IMG/VR virus record: IMGVR_UViG_3300035162_004655
Coordinates: 3,576 to 67,575 of that record
Length of the DNA: 64,000 bases
DNA from: a virus
Direction: 5' to 3' (one strand)
Under the pieces are notes generated by a model, which saw nothing but the letters and a program-made list of their open reading frames with translations, had not been told where the DNA came from and did not search any database. Below are positions 20,301-26,635 of the stretch, one piece after another. The position numbers and the translations under genes are program-made. The first letter of the stretch is position 1; the number at the start of each line of letters is the position of its first letter.

Positions 20301-20901
20301 ATTAAAGGGAAGATATTCTGATTTCATTGGAGAATACTCATGTGTATATTCTACGGAGTATTGTAATGAGATTATAAGGGGTTTTGATTATTATCAGGAT
20401 ATTAATGCAGTCTATTGTGAGGATAATCAATTTCCGAATAGTAATGCCGGTAGGTTTGATTGGGCATTAGATTTATATGATATGGGTCCAAGTTTAGATG
20501 GACCTGTATCTAAACAAATGAATGAAGTATTGTTTGAATGTTTAGAAGAGTATACACAAGTCTTTGGTCATTTAAAAACAGTACCATTTTATTCACTGGC
20601 ACAAAAGATACAGAAGACTCCTGCCGGTGGTGGTTATCATGTCTGGCACGATGAGAATAGTAGTATACAAGAAGCACGAAGAGCTCTTGTATGGATGGTA
20701 TATTTAAATGATGATTATGAAGGAGGAGAAACAGAGTATTTGTATTATAAGAAAAGAATACAACCAGAGAGAGGTAAGTTACTTATATGGCCTGCAGGTA
20801 TGACACATTGCCATAGAGGAGGATTGGTATTGAAAGGTAATAAGTATGTTGCAACAGGATGGTTCTATCTGGGAGGAATGGATTATGCAAGAGAAGAATA
20901 A
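20284..20901 (+). CDS. 2OG-Fe(II) oxygenase, prolyl-4-hydroxylase-like
   Basis: QKT..GGGYHVWHDE, YLND..EGGETE, WPAGMTHCHRG and KYVATGW motifs. Confidence 0.85.
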   Translation: MNESIELKGRYSDFIGEYSCVYSTEYCNEIIRGFDYYQDINAVYCEDNQFPNSNAGRFDWALDLYDMGPSLDGPVSKQMNEVLFECLEEYTQVFGHLKTVPFYSLAQKIQKTPAGGGYHVWHDENSSIQEARRALVWMVYLNDDYEGGETEYLYYKKRIQPERGKLLIWPAGMTHCHRGGLVLKGNKYVATGWFYLGGMDYAREE

Positions 20902-21163
20902 AGATGAGGAATTTCCTTCTGTTAATGAACAAGGAAAGAATCTGGCAAAGTTTACATTTGAAGTAGTAAAGAATGTAATTGATCTATCACCTAGTAATGA
21001 GACTAAGTTACTTCTATCTAAAGAAGAACAGAAGGAAAGATTGGATATATGTAAGAAGTGTGAGTATTATAGTGTAAGACAGAATAGATGTAGACAGTGT
21101 GGTTGTCATCTGTCTCATAAGGTGAAGTTTGGTGTGAGTCGGTGTCCAATAGGTAAATGGTAA
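20885..21163 (+). CDS. Cys-rich protein, DUF6171-like (paralogue of 19971)
   Basis: ERLDICKKC...RCRQCGC...K......CPIGKW. Confidence 0.7.
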   Translation: MQEKNKDEEFPSVNEQGKNLAKFTFEVVKNVIDLSPSNETKLLLSKEEQKERLDICKKCEYYSVRQNRCRQCGCHLSHKVKFGVSRCPIGKW

Positions 21164-21195
21164 TCTAATAAGAGTGTATTGAAGAGTATCTATGA

Positions 21196-22233
21196 TTAAA
21201 TGTAATTCCACTTGTGATCAAATGCCCATTTCCAGTATTCACCATTCATCCTATTCTTAATGTTGCGTGTTATACCTCCCACACCACTATAATCACCTTC
21301 ACTCTTAATATAAAATGATGCTTCACTTATGCTATTGAAGGTAATCGTTTCACCGGTATGAATGTTAATACCTTTTACCGGTTTCCTTCTTTTGGCTGCA
21401 CTTATTGCAGATGCTTTCTTATAATGTTCTGTACTATGCCTATTAGTGGCAAAGGTGATCTTATCATAAGAAATGATCTTACCTTTCTTATGGAACAGAT
21501 ACCAACCCTTACATTGTAGTTTATTCTTATGGGGACTTTTTAATGATTGAAATACACCATTATTATTCTTTTTATCTCCTGTTATGAACTCTGCACAGTC
21601 TGCCTGACTCTTCCATTCCTTATATTCACCATTAGTATTATATCCATAGACACCAGTTCTAATTCTAATCTGCTTATCTTTCCATTCTTTTAATTTCTCA
21701 CCTTTCCAAGTCCATCTATAATTATGTGATTGAAATACATTACCTTTACAACATTGTCTAATACATTGTCTTTCATTTCCAGAAGGTTTATATCCTAATG
21801 TTTCTAATGCTGCGACACCAACAGTATCATAGTCACAAATATAAACATCATCTAATGTATAACAACTGACGGCACGACTGTTAGGATGCTTAGACCAATA
21901 CTTTGATGGTTTAGATATACCTTCTCCACCATAGGTACAGTTATATCCCGCACCATCACAGGTATTATATTCTGCAATGTAATGTTTTTCTCTTTCATTT
22001 ACATTATCATCAGTACATTCTTCTAATACTCTAAACTTAAAGTTGTTACTACCATACTTATTGATTGCTTTAATAATAGGCATTGAATGAATGGAATTGT
22101 ATGCCGATGTACTCTCTTTTAATCTGGCATTATTGATGTGTTCTTTCCATCTATCATATGGATTGAGTTTAGTTGTTTTACCAATATATTGCTTACCATT
22201 CAGATTGTTTGTAATGCTGTAGATGTATGCCAT
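21196..22233 (-). CDS. Free-standing GIY-YIG homing endonuclease with NUMOD1-like repeats
   Basis: MAYIYSITNNLNGKQYIGKT, RW.EH, AINKYG..NF, E..YI and GYN.T.GGEG, followed by repeated domains ending FNSISEAS. It is the only long minus-strand gene I accept. Confidence 0.85.
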   Translation of the reverse strand: MAYIYSITNNLNGKQYIGKTTKLNPYDRWKEHINNARLKESTSAYNSIHSMPIIKAINKYGSNNFKFRVLEECTDDNVNEREKHYIAEYNTCDGAGYNCTYGGEGISKPSKYWSKHPNSRAVSCYTLDDVYICDYDTVGVAALETLGYKPSGNERQCIRQCCKGNVFQSHNYRWTWKGEKLKEWKDKQIRIRTGVYGYNTNGEYKEWKSQADCAEFITGDKKNNNGVFQSLKSPHKNKLQCKGWYLFHKKGKIISYDKITFATNRHSTEHYKKASAISAAKRRKPVKGINIHTGETITFNSISEASFYIKSEGDYSGVGGITRNIKNRMNGEYWKWAFDHKWNYI

Positions 22234-22305
22234 TATTGAATTATAATATATTCGTGTGTTCTGTATATATGCTGATTTAAAACTATTATAGAGATTTAAC
22301 AAGTC

Positions 22306-22357
22306 TGTGGATAAGTATTGTATTTCTGTGGATAAACCCTATTATTTGTGTGGAAAA
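22306..22357 (-). promoter_or_regulatory. Three co-oriented DnaA boxes (TTATCCACA x2, TTTTCCACA x1)
   Basis: TGTGGATAA at 22306-22314 and 22327-22335; TGTGGAAAA at 22349-22357. Spacing is 21 and 22 bp. Confidence 0.65.
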
Positions 22358-22360
22358 CCT

Positions 22361-22416
22361 CTTATAAAGTTCTCATAAACCTCAGATCTTATGCCTTATA
22401 AAGTTCTCATAAACCT
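22361..22416. repeat. 22 bp perfect direct repeat CTTATAAAGTTCTCATAAACCT x2
   Basis: Copies at 22361-22382 and 22395-22416. Confidence 0.9.
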
Positions 22417-22442
22417 TCTGAGACTTGTGACCTTTACCTGCG

Positions 22443-22471
22443 AGCATAGCACACCGAGAGTATTTTGTCAA
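22443..22471 (-). promoter_or_regulatory. Leftward sigma70 promoter TTGACA-N17-TATGCT
   Basis: TGTCAA at 22466-22471 and AGCATA at 22443-22448 on the + strand. Confidence 0.6.
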
Positions 22472-22558
22472 GACCCCCCACATAAAAATCCTGAGACCCA
22501 CACATTTTTTCTCGTCGAGACTTATAAATAATCCTTATGGATCTCGTCGAGACAGCAC

Positions 22559-22587
22559 TTGACATCTAGACGAGATAACAGTATAAT
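22559..22587 (+). promoter_or_regulatory. Perfect consensus sigma70 promoter TTGACA-N17-TATAAT (late box TATAAATA also at 22523-22530)
   Basis: 6/6 match at both hexamers with a 17 bp spacer. Confidence 0.85.
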
Positions 22588-22619
22588 ATACAAGTAACAT
22601 ACAAATCTCGACGAGACCC

Positions 22620-22811
22620 ATGTATTACTACGATCACAATCTCGACTATACATCATTAAGCAATGATCATAATGTATACGATCTCGACGAGATGTGTGAG
22701 CAATACATGCATAATACATCACGAGATATGCAACTAGATGCATACGATGATGATGAGTACGCACGAGATACACATGATTACGTCGAGCTTGCATATAAGC
22801 ACTACGCATGA
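22620..22811 (+). CDS. Small Y/D/H-rich hypothetical protein overlapping the palindrome array
   Basis: First ORF downstream of the consensus promoter; weak SD. Confidence 0.45.
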   Translation: MYYYDHNLDYTSLSNDHNVYDLDEMCEQYMHNTSRDMQLDAYDDDEYARDTHDYVELAYKHYA

Positions 22812-22817
22812 TATAAT
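22789..22817 (+). promoter_or_regulatory. Sigma70-type promoter TTGCAT-N17-(TGA)TATAAT
   Basis: Extended -10, located 24 nt upstream of the ATG at 22842. Confidence 0.55.
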
Positions 22818-22841
22818 ACGTAAACATCACACGAGATACAC

Positions 22842-22994
22842 ATGTACGCACAGAAACGCATTGTGAGTGTTACATTAGACATTGAGTGTTATGAAGATCT
22901 AGATCTTAAGAATATCAATTGGGTTGATATCTTGGGACTAGAAGGTGATGAGAATATTGATATTACTATAAAAGAGACTGCAGATATCTACTAG
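22842..22994 (+). CDS. Small acidic hypothetical protein (50 aa, missing from the ORF track)
   Basis: MYAQKRIVSVTLDIECYEDLDLKNINWVDILGLEGDENIDITIKETADIY. Confidence 0.6.
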   Translation: MYAQKRIVSVTLDIECYEDLDLKNINWVDILGLEGDENIDITIKETADIY

Positions 22995-23121
22995 TGTGCC
23001 AGTTCGTGGATCGGCACAGTTTTAAACTGGTGTCTTGTGCCAATCGTGGAACCGTCCACTAAATGAGCACAGGGCACCAAAATCGTGTATTGTAGTTAAG
23101 TTCAAACAATTCATTCCAAAA

Positions 23122-23289
23122 ATGATTAACAACGACACACTTGAGATGTTATCAGCACGGGAACAGTTAATGGAAGATATCATCGCAATTGTTGATGGTG
23201 AACTTAGTGGCATTATAAGTGATCGATTGAGTGATGAATTGACAACGCGACTATGTGATGCTGTCTTTAAGAATTTCCCTGCTAAATGA
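23122..23289 (+). CDS. Small hypothetical early protein
   Basis: First ATG after promoter copy 7. Confidence 0.65.
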   Translation: MINNDTLEMLSAREQLMEDIIAIVDGELSGIISDRLSDELTTRLCDAVFKNFPAK

Positions 23290-23377
23290 TACCATGTGCC
23301 AAAAGTACTAGTGGCACAATAAATGAGCACAGACCTCAAAACCGTGTATTGTAGTTAAGTCATCAGGAATTCACCAA

Positions 23378-23617
23378 ATGCAAGGTTACAACGGTTGGGC
23401 AAATTGGGAGACCTGGAATGTTGCTCTCTGGATCGGAAATGATTGTGGTTTGTATGAACTTGCATGTGATGTTGCAAAAGAGGGTGGAACTTATGGTCAC
23501 CTGGTGAGTATGATTCAAGAGTGTGGAAGTAAAGAAACACCAGACGGATGTAAGTGGGACGATGTTAAGATAGACGGATTACGGATAAATGAAATGATGA
23601 AAGAACTTGTAGACTAA
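23378..23617 (+). CDS. Conserved phage hypothetical protein (YNGW.N.ETWNVALW family)
   Basis: Recognisable motif; follows promoter copy 8. Confidence 0.75.
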   Translation: MQGYNGWANWETWNVALWIGNDCGLYELACDVAKEGGTYGHLVSMIQECGSKETPDGCKWDDVKIDGLRINEMMKELVD

Positions 23618-23659
23618 GTAACACTTACTCAACTCACACTCACTAACACTTTTTTTCAA

Positions 23660-23809
23660 ATGGATTACGACACTTTCGACACTGACATCTTCTCTGAGAT
23701 TAATGACATGCCGGGTGAGATTTATGATGTGATTGAATATAAAGAAGAATATGAAGATGATAAGAAGTTTGATGTGGAAGGATATCTCAACGGTAAGATA
23801 GACTACTAA
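23660..23809 (+). CDS. Very acidic 49 aa protein (missing from the ORF track)
   Basis: MDYDTFDTDIFSEINDMPGEIYDVIEYKEEYEDDKKFDVEGYLNGKIDY; 17 D/E. Confidence 0.6.
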   Translation: MDYDTFDTDIFSEINDMPGEIYDVIEYKEEYEDDKKFDVEGYLNGKIDY

Positions 23810-23840
23810 GTAACACTCACTCACTTCACTATCTAACATC

Positions 23841-24008
23841 ATGCTCAAAGGACAAGTATTAAAAATCGTTGGTGAAACTGCAAGAGACGTTGATCCTAAC
23901 ATGACAAGATTGGAGAAGTTTGAAGTATTTTGCCGTGTATGTGATGGATTACTTAAAGATGGTAGAATTAGTTCTGCTAAACATCATGCATGGACAAACC
24001 CTTTTTAA
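23841..24008 (+). CDS. Small hypothetical protein (55 aa, missing from the ORF track)
   Basis: MLKGQVLKIVGETARDVDPNMTRLEKFEVFCRVCDGLLKDGRISSAKHHAWTNPF. Confidence 0.6.
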   Translation: MLKGQVLKIVGETARDVDPNMTRLEKFEVFCRVCDGLLKDGRISSAKHHAWTNPF

Positions 24009-24136
24009 CACTTAAGAAAAACACTAAATGATACTCGGGTCAGCCGCGAGTAGACAGTTGGACAAAGTGGCACAAGGTTTCGGCACAGACCTCAAAACCG
24101 TGTATTGTAGAAGGGTCAAAGAAATTCACCTCTCAA

Positions 24137-24352
24137 ATGCAAACCTACACCGACCCTTGCACCTATGCCATGCAAAGTGATATGAACCGTCTCAAGGAAG
24201 AGATTGCCTCAGACCTTGCAAACTACATGCTGGAGATGATGCCTCCCCTTGATATGTGTGTCGATTTCGTATGCGATCGTTTCGGTCTTGATTGTACCGA
24301 CGAACTTGTAGATTTCGTTGCTGATTGTCACGATGAGTTCTTCGGTAACTGA
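24137..24352 (+). CDS. Acidic hypothetical early protein
   Basis: Follows promoter copy 9. Confidence 0.65.
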   Translation: MQTYTDPCTYAMQSDMNRLKEEIASDLANYMLEMMPPLDMCVDFVCDRFGLDCTDELVDFVADCHDEFFGN

Positions 24353-24381
24353 TACTAACTAACCCTTCACTATCTAACATC

Positions 24382-24594
24382 ATGTTCTATTCTGTCATCG
24401 GTGGGTATCACTCCCAAAATGAAGATTTCAAATCAATGATGATTTTCAAAGATGAGTTATCTGCTATTGAATATGCAAAATATCTTGAAAATGAGGACGG
24501 TTATGATTATGCTCTAACCGAACTTCATGAGGTTAGAACTATTAAAAATCTTCATAAAGAACAAAGGTATCATCGCATTGTAACTGCTAAATGA
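24382..24594 (+). CDS. Hypothetical protein
   Basis: Shares a 20 bp leader with the ORF at 23841. Confidence 0.6.
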   Translation: MFYSVIGGYHSQNEDFKSMMIFKDELSAIEYAKYLENEDGYDYALTELHEVRTIKNLHKEQRYHRIVTAK

Positions 24595-24730
24595 TACTCA
24601 GAGCGGCCGACCCTGTGCCAGTTGGTCAAAGTGTCCACTAAAACGGCACAGACCCCCAAAATCGTGTATCTTATAGGAGTGGAGGGGACAGCACCTCACC
24701 ACACCTCTCAGACCTTTCTACCTGCCTCTC

Positions 24731-25048
24731 ATGCGTAAAATCGAAACCCAGATGATCACAGCAGTTCAGAACGATGAACGTTGGTCATCTGCTAATACGA
24801 CTGTTATCCCCGGTTGGGAGGGCACCTCTGATGTATACCTCCACGGCAACAAAATTGCCACAATCGGTGAAGATTGGATGCAATTGTTCGACGGTGGTTA
24901 TCAATCAAAGACTACAAAGTCACGTTTGAATGCTTTACTTTCTGCCTTCGGAATGGACGGTGAGTATGTTTTTCAAAAGAACTTTCAGTGGTTCGTTAAC
25001 TATCAAGGTTCACCAATTCCTTTCTTTGACGGTATGCGTCTTGCATGA
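24731..25048 (+). CDS. Conserved phage hypothetical protein (MRKIE...VYLHGNKIA...TTKSRLNAL family)
   Basis: Recognisable motif; follows promoter copy 10. Confidence 0.75.
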   Translation: MRKIETQMITAVQNDERWSSANTTVIPGWEGTSDVYLHGNKIATIGEDWMQLFDGGYQSKTTKSRLNALLSAFGMDGEYVFQKNFQWFVNYQGSPIPFFDGMRLA

Positions 25049-25122
25049 TTAAAACCAAAAAAGAGTGGGCATCATGTTATGCCCACTTTTACTCAATCGT
25101 TCTCATTCTCATCATTCTCTAA

Positions 25123-26028
25123 ATGCAAAACAAGCACATCGAACATCCCGAAGATTCCATTCTCACTGGAGATTTAAGTGCTCTTGATTGTCTACGTAAT
25201 GAGGGTAATCTGTCCGTGAAAATGGATGGGGCACCTGCAATCGTATGGGGGACTAATCCTGCGACGGGTAATTTCTTCGTGGGTACTAAGTCCGTATTCA
25301 ACAAAGTAAAGATCAAAATCAACGAATCTCATCAGGACATTGATAGGAACCACACGGGCAACGTTGCAACAATCCTCCATAAGTGCCTTGACTATCTTCC
25401 ACAAAACGGGGGTATCTTTCAGGGGGACTTCATCGGATTCGGTGGCACTGATGAATACACACCGAACACAATCACTTATCAGTTCGATAACATTGTAGAA
25501 GAGGAGATTATCGTTGCCCCTCATACGTATTACACAGCAGAGAGTGACTTAAGGGATGCAATCGCACATCCGATGAACTTCATCATCACAGACACATTCT
25601 ATTGTAAGTTCGTGAAACCTCTGGCAACGATTGCCTCTGGTTTGTATGATGATGGACTGAAGAGATTCCATGACTTAGACGACGTAATTCAGTTTGCGAA
25701 AGTTATGGCACAGAACGTTGAGTTTGTATCAGATAAGGAAGCAGCACTGATTAAACAGGAACTCAATTCCTGTATCCGTGAGAATCGTCCCGTGATTGCT
25801 TCGACCTTTATGAATGAGAATCTCATCAGTTTCTGGTTGTTAGTTAAGTCGATCAAAGAGGACGCTATCTATCTCTGCCGTAATAATGGTCCAAAGGCAT
25901 ACATCGGACAAACTCCAATCGGTGGTGAGGGTTATGTCTACTCCAATGAGTTCGGTACATTTAAGTTAGTTAATCGTGAGCAGTTCAGTTATGCTAACTT
26001 CAACAACACTAAATTCTCCGTATCATGA
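25123..26028 (+). CDS. DUF6267-like protein with ligase / nucleotidyltransferase motifs
   Basis: HIEHPED N-terminus, SVKMDG (KxDG motif I), FQGDF, EGYV (motif IV) and FKLV (motif V). Confidence 0.65.
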   Translation: MQNKHIEHPEDSILTGDLSALDCLRNEGNLSVKMDGAPAIVWGTNPATGNFFVGTKSVFNKVKIKINESHQDIDRNHTGNVATILHKCLDYLPQNGGIFQGDFIGFGGTDEYTPNTITYQFDNIVEEEIIVAPHTYYTAESDLRDAIAHPMNFIITDTFYCKFVKPLATIASGLYDDGLKRFHDLDDVIQFAKVMAQNVEFVSDKEAALIKQELNSCIRENRPVIASTFMNENLISFWLLVKSIKEDAIYLCRNNGPKAYIGQTPIGGEGYVYSNEFGTFKLVNREQFSYANFNNTKFSVS

Positions 26029-26222
26029 CTTACATCAAAGAAGTTACAAAACTCATGAAATCTCAGGGATTTGAGTTACACAGAACAAAACGTCATTTGG
26101 TTTGGAAGCATCACACAGGGGTAATGATTAACACGTCAAAGACACCATCAGGATGTAATGCGATTAATCAGGTCAGAAGGGAAGTACGTCGCAAACTAAC
26201 AGTTAGCACCGTTCGTTCGTAA
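26025..26222 (+). CDS. HicA-like small basic protein
   Basis: KLMKSQGFELHRTKRHLVWKH..G......KTPS resembles the HicA fold with its catalytic His. ATGA-coupled to the upstream gene. Confidence 0.55.
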   Translation: MTYIKEVTKLMKSQGFELHRTKRHLVWKHHTGVMINTSKTPSGCNAINQVRREVRRKLTVSTVRS

Positions 26223-26230
26223 ACAGCAGT

Positions 26231-26256
26231 GGGGGGTGATTGCCCCCCTTATGTTA
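26231..26256 (+). terminator. Putative terminator closing the early island
   Basis: GGGGGGT-GATT-GCCCCCC stem followed by TTATGTT. Confidence 0.55.
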
Positions 26257-26366
26257 TGCGTTGCCGTGCCCCGTATATAAAACCCCCCTACTACTTTAAG
26301 CTATAAACGACCCAAAGTCCGTTCGTGATATCACTTTAATAAAAAAAAATTTTTCATATATAAAAA

Positions 26367-26564
26367 ATGGCACAAGGATTCAAAGATATGCAAAAAAATC
26401 CGCAGGAAAATTTTACGACTGTAGAGATCGACCCAGTAAGTGGGGAACATATTATTACGATACCGGAATGGATATGTGATGAGAAGGGGTGGTACGAGGG
26501 AACAGAAGTAAATATCGAGGTAGAGAATGACTGTCTTATTATTAAGGATCTCGAAGAGTCTTGA
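26367..26564 (+). CDS. AbrB/MazE/SpoVT-like DNA-binding protein
   Basis: ITIPEWICDEKGWYEGTEVNIEVENDCLII matches the swapped-hairpin pattern. Confidence 0.7.
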   Translation: MAQGFKDMQKNPQENFTTVEIDPVSGEHIITIPEWICDEKGWYEGTEVNIEVENDCLIIKDLEES

Positions 26565-26583
26565 GGTTCGCAGAATCGAGATC

Positions 26584-26612
26584 TTGACGGTGTATAGATA
26601 TAGTGTTATGAT
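26584..26612 (+). promoter_or_regulatory. Sigma70-type promoter TTGACG-N17-(TGT)TATGAT
   Basis: Intergenic, upstream of 26636. Confidence 0.65.
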
Positions 26613-26635
26613 AGTGACGTAGTTCATTTACAGTT

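Larger units (their letters stand above)
22510..22844. repeat. Array of palindromic TCTCGWCGAGA boxes and ACGAGATA half sites
   Basis: Boxes at 22510, 22542, 22565 (TCTAGACGAGA), 22606 and 22682. Half sites at 22640, 22721, 22763 and 22831. Confidence 0.85.
23037..24672 (+). promoter_or_regulatory. Early-type promoter elements copies 7-10 (second subclass) at 23037-23093, 23296-23352, 24051-24108 and 24615-24672
   Basis: Each has a GTGCCA/TAGACA...(G/T)(G/C)CAC dyad, GCACAG, then AAAA(T/C)CGTGTAT(TGT/CTT). An orphan dyad lies at 22996-23017. Confidence 0.75.

Noticed and set aside
22361-22844. Possible CRISPR or mini-CRISPR array
   Set aside because: The palindromes are only 11 bp with irregular spacing (32, 23, 41, 76). 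The 22 bp repeat has two copies with a 12 bp gap. No cas genes.
4971-24672. Early dyad as an NtcA or CRP site
   Set aside because: It does not fit GTA-N8-TAC or TGTGA-N6-TCACA. Half-site sequence and spacing differ.
26025-26564. HicA-like plus AbrB/MazE-like genes as a toxin-antitoxin operon
   Set aside because: They are separated by a terminator-like hairpin and about 145 bp, and the families are non-cognate. The AbrB-like gene appears to belong to the downstream conserved block.
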